A stretch of DNA of 63,908 nucleotides, the filler included, from Welwitschia mirabilis (Eukaryota): the NCBI GenBank assembly GCA_051453625.1. It is 5 parts of one record of this genome, joined end to end, with 100 filler letters (N's around TTAATTAATTAA, not from the genome) between each part and the next. Parts side by side here need not be neighbours in the genome. Positions count along the whole stretch, not along the records: positions 17,229 to 46,450 come from JBOZIK010000001.1; positions 46,551 to 51,772 come from JBOZIK010000001.1; 3 more parts are not named here. One strand, written 5' to 3'. How positions within the stretch are numbered: the first letter of the stretch is position 1; the number at the start of each line of letters is the position of its first letter. Positions 40,134 through 51,872 of this stretch are shown here, in pieces. The notes under the pieces were generated by a model that worked only from the letters and a program-made list of their open reading frames with translations, was not told where the DNA came from and did no database searches. A program made the position numbers and the translations under genes.

Positions 40134-41812
40134 GAGTTTATTATGATGAAATGAGGGAATTGAATATTTACTATTGTATTTTTATCTCCTTTTCTCCATG
40201 GATTTTATTTAAACTTATTATATGTATATATACAACTTATTTTTTAGTATCATCATGATACATACTTTTATTACTAGATATCATGAATATTTTTACATAT
40301 CATTTTTTCTTACACTTCATGATGAGGACTATTTATATTATTCATGATTATCTTTATCTATTGTACATTTTAACGAGGATCTATTAATTATTAATTTATT
40401 TAATGTATAACTTTCTAAAAAAAATTTTACAAGNNNNNNNNNNCATTTTTCATCTTGTCATTTCCTACATCGCTAGGATAACCACCAAGATGATAGTATG
40501 ACATGATATACTAGACAGGTAAAACTTTTAGTTATCTATTTTTGATATTTTTGTTTCATATTCTAAGATAGCTGAAAATTTTTTTGAGCTTAAATCATAG
40601 TTCCCTAATCAATTTATTATTAGACAATTTGGCTCATAATCATGGTTGTTCTCTTGTATTTTTCAAGGACTGACAATACTAAGTGAGGGGCTATGTTGCA
40701 CTGCCAAATTGTATGTATCTAATAGTTATTTTAAGTAGTTTTGTAGGATATTAAATAGGTTTATGTTGAGCTTCAAAGATAATGAAGAGATAAGGTAATT
40801 TTCATGAAAACATGTAACCTTCTTTAAATTTGACAACATTTAAAGTAATCTACAATACTTTCTATTTGAAACAATAGTCCTATAATAAAAATTAAAAATG
40901 TATTGTATGGAATAATTTAGAAAATCCTATCGTCCACCTCATTATCTAGATGATTATAGAAATGATAAAAATACTTAAGCTAAGAAGAATCTAACTAGAT
41001 CAATCTAGTAGTTAATGTTGAACTCTTATAAGGTGGAATTATCTCCTATGACATCTAGATAACTAACAAGATAACACTTGAGATAAATGCTTCATCGAAC
41101 TTCATCAAACTCTAACCATCTATCTCACTTTCTTATGTGGTTATTAAGGTTGTTCATGTGTCTGTTATTCTATTCTGATTTTAGAGTCTATTTTTTAATA
41201 AATGCCTCCTCTACCTTCAGCTCTACTTTTATCTTCATTTGCATCAGAAATTTTCATGACAAGATATCAAATAGTTGGAGGTTCATCCATTATTGTTGTA
41301 GAGAGATGTATTTCTTAATGTTGGGCTATGTATCCTTCCTTGAGGTGTTGCTACTTTGTAACATGACTGTTGGTTCTCTTTTAATCAAAATTGTTTAGAT
41401 GCATTGCATTTCATTTTCTAAATTAACTTTGCATTATTTTCATATTCTATTCAATGTACCTAATAGCTTAGGTTAGTTTTAATCTAGTGAGGACTTTTCT
41501 TGATTAATTTATATTATATAGGGTCTATCTTTATGACAAGTTAATTTGGCAATTGGATGGAAGTTGCATTTAGTTTAGACCTGTATTTCATTTTCATAGT
41601 GTGTTTATTTGCATTATTATTTTATTCTACTTTNNNNNNNNNNNNNNNNNNNNNNNNNNNNNNNNNNNNNNNNNNNNNNNNNNNNNNNNNNNNNNNNNNN
41701 NNNNNNNNNNNNNNNNNNNNNNNNNNNNNNNNNNNNTATTATGCAAAATCTATATATATTTATGATTGAAAGAATCTTTTTAAAGACATAACAATTACAC
41801 AAATACACACCG

Positions 41813-44800
41813 GCTACCATAATATAGATCACCCTACAAAGATTCTCAAGTATTGTAACATGAACTTTCTGGAATCAATATATTTGGTCATATATGCATA
41901 TGTGTATCTAGTAAGAATAGGTTTGTCTTAATTAAAATAGAAACATAACTTTAAACTACCTCTAAGGTATTTAAGGCTTCATTTCACTGCCTCCTAATGT
42001 TTTTTGCTATGAATTTTAAACAACTAACAAAGAAATCCAATAGCATGAGCAATATCTAGTCTTGGCATACTATAGCATATGTCAAGCTACTGATTNNNNN
42101 NNNNNNNNNNNNNNNNNNNNNNNNNNNNNNNNNNNNNNNNNNNNNNNNNNNNNNNNNNNNNNNNNNNNNNNNNNNNNNNNNNNNNNNNNNNNNNNNNNNN
42201 NNNNNNNNNNNNNNNNNNNNNNNNNNNNNNNNNNNNNNNNNNNNNNNNNNNNNNNNNNNNNNNNNNNNNNNNNNNNNNNNNNNNNNNNNNNNNNNNNNNN
42301 NNNNNNNNNNNNNNNNNNNNNNNNNNNNNNNNNNNNNNNNNNNNNNNNNNNNNNNNNNNNNNNNNNNNNNNNNNNNNNNNNNNNNNNNNNNNNNNNNNNN
42401 NNNNNNNNNNNNNNNNNNNNNNNNNNNNNNNNNNNNNNNNNNNNNNNNNNNNNNNNNNNNNNNNNNNNNNNNNNNNNNNNNNNNNNNNNNNNNNNNNNNN
42501 NNNNNNNNNNNNNNNNNNNNNNNNNNNNNNNNNNNNNNNNNNNNNNNNNNNNNNNNNNNNNNNNNNNNNNNNNNNNNNNNNNNNNNNNNNNNNNNNNNNN
42601 NNNNNNNNNNNNNNNNNNNNNNNNNNNNNNNNNNNNNNNNNNNNNNNNNNNNNNNNNNNNNNNNNNNNNNNNNNNNNNNNNNNNNNNNNNNNNNNNNNNN
42701 NNNNNNNNNNNNNNNNNNNNNNNNNNNNNNNNNNNNNNNNNNNNNNNNNNNNNNNNNNNNNNNNNNNNNNNNNNNNNNNNNNNNNNNNNNNNNNNNNNNN
42801 NNNNNNNNNNNNNNNNNNNNNNNNNNNNNNNNNNNNNNNNNNNNNTCTAAACATCTATTTTTTTTTTAGTATCTTTTTGTCTTTTGGCAATTGCACTAAC
42901 TCATAGGTATTATTATCTTACAATGATTGCATCTTCTTTTACATAGTCTTGAACAATTCTTCCTAATTCTTATGTGACATGCCTTCTTCTTATCTTTGTC
43001 ATTCCCTTGCATCTGTGAGTAACATATACTCATTAGGAGAATATCAGCTAGAAGGACGATGTTATTTGATAGACCTTCTCAACTAAGGTACTACTAATGG
43101 AATCAAAGGATTCTGATCTGAATGTTGTTCTAGTGTAGCATCTTAAGTTATGGGAGTAGTGTTTGTATATTCTCAAGGATGCATATCGTTCATTATTTTG
43201 TACATCATTCCCATGATCGTGTACATGAGACTCCATGAATATTAACAATCCTTCTATTAATAATCTTTGACTTTTCTTCTTTTTCCAAGTCTTTAATAGT
43301 TTAATGTTCTAATAATACAACATCTCTAATTCTAATGATTTTCTTCTTCTTAGGACCCAATAAGCTAAAGCCAAACTCATCATGTCCATAGATGAAGAAG
43401 ATACATTGTTTTATCTTCTTATCAAGCTTGAACCTTTCATCCCTGGGAATGTAAACAAATGCCCTATAGTCAAAAAACTTTAAATAATTAAGATACATCT
43501 TTTCCTATCCAAACTATGTCAGGAACATTACCATCATGGGGTTTAAAAGGGAAAAGATTAATNNNNNNNNNNNNNNNNNNNNNNNNNNNNNNNNNNNNNN
43601 NNNNNNNNNNNNNNNNNNNNNNNNNNNNNNNNNNNNNNNNNNNNNNNNNNNNNNNNNNNNNNATCTTCTAAGAATACAACATCTCTGATTCTAATGATTT
43701 TCTTCTTCTTAGGATCCCATAAGCTAAAGCCAAACTCATCATGTTCATAGCTGAGAAAGATACATTGTTTTATCTTATCATCAAGCTTAAACCTTTCATC
43801 CCTGGGAATGTAAAAAAATGCCCTATAGTCAAAAAACTTTGCATAATTAAGATACATCTTTTCCTATCCAAACTATATCAAGAACATCACCATCATGGGG
43901 TTTAAAAGGGAAAAGGTTAATCAAACCCACATTTATCCTCATTGTCTCATCTCAAAAATACTTAGACAGCTTCACATGAGAGATCATACATACAATTCTA
44001 TCATGGATGGTATTACTAATTTTCTCAACCACACTATTATCTTGTGGATCCTTGTCTTCACAATCCTAATCTAATGAAAGTTGTAATACTCCTTAAAGGG
44101 TCCTCTAAACTAACCATGANNNNNNNNNNNNNNNNNNNNNNNNNNNNNNNNNNNNNNNNNNNNNNNNNNNNNNNNNNNNNNNNNNNNNNNNNNNNNNNNN
44201 NNNNNNNNNNNNNNNNNNNNNNNNNNNNNNNNNNNNCTAGAGTGATCATTAATAAATGTCACAAAATACAATGCCCCACCAAGTTTTTTATCTCTTACGA
44301 AACATATATTTGTATGAATTAACTCCAAAACATTAATTTTTCTTAGATGGATAGCTAAACAATAATCATAAGGCCTTGAAATAAATATGTATCTTTCATT
44401 TTATGTACGAGCTCCTTCTTGGCAAGAACTTACAAAATCTTTTTACTTAAGTAACTAAGTCTTCTATGCCATTATTTAGTGGAACATTCTTATTCTACTG
44501 TATTTGCAAATTCTATTGTAAATTTACCTTGAGTGAAGTAGAGGAAGCTTTTCTTCTTACCTTTGGCCAATACTAGAGAGCCCTTTATGAGTTTTCATCA
44601 TCCATCACCCAAGTAACTATGATACTCTTGCACTCATAAAGTCTCTCTAACTTTATCTAGAATTAATAATGATCCCTCTCTTGTATTATCTGATGAATAC
44701 TATTTGGCTTGATCCATTGCCTAATTAAACTAGCTATTTTCTTATTGATCGTCTTTCAGTCTTTTTTGTCTATACCATTAGGGTTAATTCCTTATGTATT

Positions 44801-45300
44801 ATGGGATCAAATAAATATTTATAATAGAGTAAATCTTCCATCATCTTCTTCTATATTGAGTAATTTGGTGATGTGAGCTTAATCATGAAGCTAGAACATA
44901 TTTNNNNNNNNNNNNNNNNNNNNNNNNNNNNNNNNNNNNNNNNNNNNNNNNNNNNNNNNNNNNNNNNNNNNNNNNNNNNNNNNNNNNNNNNNNNNNNNNN
45001 NNNATATTTCCATTTTAATTTTACAAAAATAATTGTTAGCTAGCTTACCTTCTATACTTAGGCTAGAAAACTTCCTCTTATGATTTCTCCTCTATTAAGC
45101 AACAAGCTAGTTAAACCTAGCAAAGAAAATCAACAACAGGAATTTTTCTTCTTTTCCTCTTTCTCCTTCTCTCCCCTTTTTCTTTTCCTTTATTATCTTT
45201 TACTCCTTTTCTTTAACTATACGTAATACATATATATATATATATGTATGTATGTATATATGTATTAAATATAAATCTGAAACTCTATATGATAACTTTT
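41813..45300 (-). mobile_element. Tork/Tnt1-like copia copy A, main part (truncated gag, INT, RT)
   Basis: Minus strand: gag MIKLTSPNYSI*KKMMEDLLYY (~44890-44820); LIKGSLVLAKGKKKS; LELIHTNIC...GGALYFVTFINDHS (ORF 44110..44328); RAFVYIPRDERFKLDKKIKQCIF...IIRIRDVV (ORFs 43301, 43558); YTYAYMTKYIDSRK (~41910-41860). Confidence 0.9.
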
Positions 45301-45759
45301 ATCATATTACTAAATGAAGTTATCATTAGAAGAAGTCACAGAGAGGAATAGATAATAAGAAATAAAGACACGCAGATGACCATTGTATTGCATAGTAATA
45401 GATAACCTGTACATAATTTATTATAATGTTTTCTTAATTCCCCTTAGATTCTTTTTTATCGATAACCATGCTTTTTCGTTATTTGAATTTTCAAAGAGTG
45501 TTCTGTAGCTTCAATGGCTTCCCGCATCTGACTAGATTTTGCTGTGAGACTGAGATCTTGGCTCAAAATGACTGCTCTGTTTACAAATAAATTCCCATCA
45601 ATAATCCAAAGCATCTTGCTTCTTTAGCATAGAAGTCTCCTCAAAGGTCAGCGTTTTAAGTCACTCTTAGAGAAAATGCTCTTAGCGGTGAAAAAGGAAG
45701 TGCACTTGCTAATGTATAGATAAATGATTATAACTGCATCCACTTGGACTCCAGCTCAA

Positions 45760-46450
45760 GCATAGGTAGACTCATAACAACAAGTGCAGGCACAAGGAGA
45801 GTAAGAACACACCAAATATAATGTAGTTATGGTTGAGTTTCCAAAATATGTCAGAGGCCATTCTTGTGCTCTGTTGAAAATAAAAGAGCAAAAAAAAACT
45901 AAACAGAAAAAGGAGTCATGCAAAGATAGTTCAATTTTATTTGATGTAAGTAGAGAGCCTTTTATAGGCATACAAAGGAAATAACAATTCTTTTTCTTTT
46001 TCTTGTAGTAGACCCATTAACTCCACTAACTTAATAACCATTTCCTCTTTTTTGTAATAGATCCACTAACTCCACTAACTTAATAACCATTTTTCTTTTT
46101 TTAACTGATCCACTAACTCTATTAACTCAATAATTATACAGAATATTTTACACATCAATACTCAAGTTGGTATGTGCACATCATGAACGCCTAACTTGCC
46201 CAAAAGATGTTGAAACTGTGGTCTTCCAAGAGCATTTGTGAAAATGTTGGCTGGCTAAGAATTTGTATGAATGTGGCGCATGTCAATAACTCCTGTCTAT
46301 ACTTGCTCTCATACAAAATAACAGTCAATCTCTATATGCTTAATACACTTATAAAAAACTGGATTCACCACAATGTCGATAGCAAACTGACTATCACAAA
46401 ACAATGGGATCAGTCCACTCTGCTGTACTCCTAAAGACTCATAGCTAAAG
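45760..46450 (-). mobile_element. 3' end of a different copia element (Ale-like RNase H plus 3' LTR)
   Basis: Minus strand: LFCDSQFAIDIVVNPVFYKCIKHIEIDCYFV...ANIFTNALGRPQFQHLLGKLGVHDVHIPT* ending ~46162. An LTR-like segment follows, with three ~48-bp tandem units (ccactaactccactaacttaataacc, ~46005-46135). The left boundary is uncertain. Confidence 0.85.
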
Positions 46451-46550
46451 NNNNNNNNNNNNNNNNNNNNNNNNNNNNNNNNNNNNNNNNNNNNTTAATT
46501 AATTAANNNNNNNNNNNNNNNNNNNNNNNNNNNNNNNNNNNNNNNNNNNN
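46451..46550. other. Artificial scaffold linker
   Basis: TTAATTAATTAA at 46495-46506 with 44 N on each side. Confidence 0.97.
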
Positions 46551-49500
46551 AAATCTTAGAGTCAAGTGTAAGAAGTATTTATCAAAAGATTTTTAAGTTT
46601 CACAAGAAAAAGAGAAAAGAAGTGATCAACTTTCAACAATAACTTACTGAGGATTATGCCATGGCTTATGAACATTTTATCATAGCTAGCCATTCCAACT
46701 CTATTGATGAATTTTGTAAAGAAGATTTAGTTAATTATTTCTACATTGGATTAAATTGTCAAACTAAACAACTTATAAACTTTTCTTATGGAGGTAACTT
46801 GTTAGACTTAGTCTTAAAAGATGCATGAAGTATGTTGGAAGACCTAGTAGAGATAAGTCAAACCTGTTTTAAACCCACTAAAGAAAATTAAACTATAGGC
46901 TAAATCCTAAAAGATTTAAAGGATATTAAACATGATAAGAAAGAAAAGAAATGTAACTCAACCAATTTAATTCAAGATTTNNNNNNNNNNNNNNNNNNNN
47001 NNNNNNNNNNNNNNNNNNNNNNNNNNNNNNNNNNNNNNNNNNNNNNNNNNNNNNNNNNNNNNNNTCATAAATACAACCTCATCCAACTAAAGAATATTCC
47101 TTATTGCCAACTTGTAAAGAGAGGATGTTTGAGGAAGTATATGCATTTAACCAAAGAACACCTACCTTTAAAATCCAACCATAATTTTAACAAAGATTAG
47201 GTGGGCAATCACAATGAAAATGTTTTGAAAATAGATTCAAAAATTCAAACCTTTAACACAAAATCAAAATGATCCACTTAGAGAATCCATAGAATAAATG
47301 AGAAAGGTACAAGAAAAGACTAATAGTAACATTGAAGACTTATTAAATGTGCTTTAACAAACAATTCTTACCAAATAAATACCATAAGGATCTCTTGCAT
47401 CTTAACATTTATCCAACCCAAATGAAGTTAAGACATATTTGAAAGTAGTAATAAAAAGTGGAAATGATACAACACCTCCTACTCATGAGGTTTTAACTCC
47501 TAAAAAAAATGAAAACAATGAAGAGGATGATGTAGAAATTTTGGACTCATATAACTTTTGATCAACATCACAAGCTAAGACCTTCACTAAAAATTCTTCA
47601 TAAGAGAACAAAGGAAAGAAACCATCTACTCTTTGGCTTGACTAGTTAAATACAAATCTTACCTTTAATGACCACTTGAAAACCTTAATTCAAAAGGTAA
47701 ATAATAACTTGCCTTTTTGGAAACTCTTATAAGAAAATCCTAAACACTCTAAGTTGTGGAAGGATCTAGTGAAAAGAAAACAAAAATGCACAATTCCTAG
47801 TAAAGTCTTTCTTGCCTAATCTATTTCCAACTTAGTTATAATAAAATGTTTATAATTCAAAGACCCTAGAGCAACAATTATGAGTGTCACCTTGAAAGAA
47901 AACAAAAGAATTTGAAAAGCTTTAATTGACATAGGAACTAGTGTAAACATCATACCTTTACATATATGTAAGATACTTTGGCTAGAAAATAGAATAGAAA
48001 TTACATGAATTATCTTAGAATTGGCTATTACTTCAATTAAAAACCCTTATGAATTATCAAGGACCTAATCATCCAAGTAGATGAAGCCTTTTACCCTATA
48101 TATTTGATAATCATTAAGGTAGAACCTCATGGAGGTTATCTACTACTCTTGGGAAGAGCTTGTTGTGGAATTGACTATTGTATCATTGACACATGGACCA
48201 AGATGTTGGAATGTCACATAGGCAATAAAAAGTTTATCATTTGAGTTTTTAATGCTATTGAAAAAGACATAGAATATGAGTTTAATTTTGAAAAAAAAAT
48301 TAAACCAACCTTATTATTACAACATCGACAAATTAAAGAGAGATTGATAATGCTACATGAACTAACTTTATACGATAACCCAATTAAAACACACGATCTT
48401 AAGTCTAAGAATGAAGAATATGTCAACTAGGGAGAAACTTAACATATTCACTTAATAGCAAATATTTTTATAAAGTATTATCCCATGTTTGTCATTCCAT
48501 TATAGATGGGACGACAACTGAAAATCTCAATCTAAAACTAAAGAAATTACCCCAAGGCTTTAAATATATTTTTCTAGTGACATTATTATTCCTTAACATA
48601 AATCAAACTTAATTTCACTCTTAACTTCTAAAGAAGATGCCTTTACTTGGACTCATAAAGACTTAGATTCTATTCCTCTTTCCATAGTTCAATACAATGT
48701 TTACCTTGAAGATAATGTTAAACCTATTAGACAACCACAAAGAAGGCTCAACCTTTCCCTTAAGTAAATAGTTAAAGATTAAATTATTAAACTTATGAAT
48801 TTTAGAATCATATATGCTATATCTAATAGTGAGTGGGTTAGCCCTTTGATAGTAGTTTCAAAAAAGGAAGGAAAATGGTGAATGTGCATTGATTTTAAAA
48901 ACCTTAATGAGGTCACTAAAAAGGATCATTACCCTTTACCATTTCTTGATCAAGTATTTGAAAGAATTCAAGGTTATGCCTATTATTGTTTTCTNNNNNN
49001 NNNNNNNNNNNNNNNNNNNNNNNNNNNNNNNNNNNNNNNNNNNNNNNNNNNNNNNNNNNNNNNNNNNNNNNNNNNNNNNNNNNNNNNNNNNNNNNNNNNN
49101 NNNNNNNNNNNNNNNNNNNNNNNNNNNNNNNNNNNNNNNNNNNNNNNNNNNNNNNNNNNNNNNNNNNNNNNNNNNNNNNNNNNNNNNNNNNNNNNNNNNN
49201 NNNNNNNNNNNNNNNNNNNNNNNNNNNNNNNNNNNNNNNNNNNNNNNNNNNNNNNNNNNNNNNNNNNNNNNNNNNNNNNNNNNNNNNNNNNNNNNNNNNN
49301 NNNNNNNNNNNNNNNNNNNNNNNNNNNNNNNNNNNNNNNNNNNNNNNNNNNNNNNNNNNNNNNNNNNNNNNNNNNNNNNNNNNNNNNNNNNNNNNNNNNN
49401 NNNNNNNNNNNNNNNNNNNNNNNNNNNNNNNNNNNNNNNNNNNNNNNNNNNNNNNNNNNNNNNNNNNNNNNNNNNNNNNNNNNNNNNNNNNNNNNNNNNN

Positions 49501-51772
49501 NNNNNNNNNNNNNNNNNNNNNNNNNNNNNNNNNNNNNCTGTCCATAGTTTAATACAAGGTTTACCTTGAAGATAATGTTAAACCTATTAGGAAACCCTAA
49601 AGAAGGCTCAACGTTTTCCTTAAGCAAATAGGTAAAGATATATGAATGCTAGAATCATATATGCTATATCTAATAGTGAGTGGGCTAGCCCTTTGATAGT
49701 AGTTTTAAAAAATGGAGGAAAATGGTGAATATGCATTGATTTTAAAAACCTTAATGAGGTTACTAAAAAGGATCATTGCTCTTTACCATTTCTTGATTAA
49801 GTACTTAAGAGAATCCAAGGTTATGCCTACTATTACTTTCTTGAAAGGTAGAATGGCTATAATCAAATTTTCATAGCAAGTGAATACTAAGCCAAAACAA
49901 ATTTTATATCATCATATGCCCTTTGAACTTTATAATGCCCTAGAGCTTTTAAACAAGCTATGATAAGGATCTTTTCTAACATTATAAAGGATTCTATTAA
50001 AATCTTTATAGATGACTTCTTCATCTTCGGTAAAACCTTTTTAATAAACTATAGAAAGATTAGAGAAAGTTTTAGATCATTGTATAGAGAGTGGCTTATA
50101 TTTGAGTTGGGAATAGAGTTTTCTCTTTATCAATCATGGAATTATTTTAGGTCACCATATTTAAAAGGAGGGGATTAATATGAACCCTATAAAAATTGAT
50201 ATCATTAAAAACCTTAGTCATCTAATCAATATCAAATAAGTTAGATCATTCCTTAGTTATGCTAGTTTCTATCGTCAATTTATTCATGATTATGCTAAAA
50301 AAATTTGTAAACAGCTTTACTCATTACTTGAAAAAGATGTTAAATTTAATTGAAATTATTCATGTCAACTTGCGTTTAATACACTTAAGAAAAACATTTC
50401 TTCTAAACCTATTGTCATGAGTCTCAAACAAAATAAGGATTTTAAACTTATATGTAATGCAAGCAATATTGTTGTGGATGGAGTTCTTAGTCAAAAATAT
50501 GAAAATGATTTTAAAGTTATATCTTACCTTATTAAAACTTTGTCCAGATCCCAATCCAACTACACTACTATTGAGGGAGAAATTCTTGCCATCATCTTTT
50601 ATCTTAATCATCTTCGACATTATCTTCTTAATTTTCACATTAATGTTTACACAAATCATGAAACCATACATTATCTTACAACTAAGAAAAATTCTATTGT
50701 CAAACTTGTTAGTTAGACCCGTCTCATACAAGAATTTAATTTCACCATCATCGATAAAGCAAGNNNNNNNNNNNNNNNNNNNNNNNNNNNNNNNNNNNNN
50801 NNNNNNNNNNNNNNNNNNNNNNNNNNNNNNNNNNNNNNNNNNNNNNNNNNNNNNNNNNNNNNNCTTGTTAGTTAGACCCTTCTCATACAAGAATTTAATT
50901 TCACCATCATCGATAAAGCAAGAAAACATAATAGCACTATAGATCATCTATCTTCACTTTCTTATTCTCATGATTAACTTTTCATAAACAATTCTTTTCC
51001 AAATGAATAACTCTTTACTATTGAGTAACTTTATGTCATCTTTTCTACTCATCCTGCTTCTTGATATGTTGATATTATGAACTACCTTATTACTATAAAA
51101 ACNNNNNNNNNNNNNNNNNNNNNNNNNNNNNNNNNNNNNNNNNNNNNNNNNNNNNNNNNNNNNNNNNNNNNNNNNTATCTTTATAGATGATGCAAATATC
51201 AAATCATGTATAAGTATGGGCCTAAGTGGGAAAGCCTAGAAATCCTAAAACTTTTCTATGATAGGGTATGTAGAAAACACTTTAGTGGTCAAAAGACTAC
51301 CATGAAATTCTTTACTCTGGTTTATATTGGTCAATCCTTTTTAAAGACTCATTTGATTTTGCTAGAAGGTGTGATACATGTCAATATTATGATAGCCTAA
51401 CTCACTCTTAAGATATGTCGCTTAAACCTATACTTGAATGTAAACCTTTTGATTATTATGGGATTAACTTTTTATTACATCACCTTCTAATGATAAAAAT
51501 TACATCCTAATGGCTGTTGATTNNNNNNNNNNGAACTATGTGTAATTTGTTCGAACTTAAAACTGACAATGTTTTGGTTTTCCAAGATTTAGCATTAGTG
51601 ATCATAGAATACATTTCATTAATTAGCTATTTTAAAAACTTCTTTTATCCATTATTATGGAATATAGAATTTCATATGCTTATTATTTTCAAACTAATGA
51701 CTAAGTAAAAAATGCAAATAGCAAAATTAGAAAGATGCTTCAAAAGTTAGTTTTTGTTAATAAGAAAATGTG
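46551..51772 (+). mobile_element. Degenerate Athila-like gag-pol
   Basis: Protease ALIDIGTSVNIIP (~47920); RT SEWVSPLIVVSKKEGKW*MCIDFKNLNEVTKKDHYPLPFLDQ (ORF 48882) and IKIFIDDFFIFG (ORF 49960); RH FKLICNASNIVVDGVLSQ...QSNYTTIEGEILAI (ORF 50417); integrase to the scaffold end. Collinear with 30300-36120. Confidence 0.92.
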
Positions 51773-51872
51773 NNNNNNNNNNNNNNNNNNNNNNNNNNNN
51801 NNNNNNNNNNNNNNNNTTAATTAATTAANNNNNNNNNNNNNNNNNNNNNNNNNNNNNNNNNNNNNNNNNNNN
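51773..51872. other. Artificial scaffold linker
   Basis: TTAATTAATTAA at 51817-51828 with 44 N on each side. Confidence 0.97.

Larger units (their letters stand above)
26997..41812 (+). mobile_element. Near-complete degenerate Athila-like Ty3/gypsy element nested in copia copy A
   Basis: 5' LTR 26997-29229 (inflated by gap duplications) and homologous 3' LTR 40694-41812. PBS TGATGTTGTTGCCAAGGA at 29233-29250. Post-protease GYPLLLGRAFFTT (~32260); RT SKWVSSLIVVPKKDGKWRMYIDFRKLNEVSKKDHFHLPFLD (~33200-33320); RH ~34450-34800; integrase YILMVIDYVTK, YYPQTNGQ (~35800-36060); PPT AAGTGAGGGG at 40681-40690. Confidence 0.92.

Noticed and set aside
45275..45300. PBS for copia copy A (and ~63690 for copy C)
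   Set aside because: actctatatgata matches the reverse complement of TGGTATCAGAGC only weakly.
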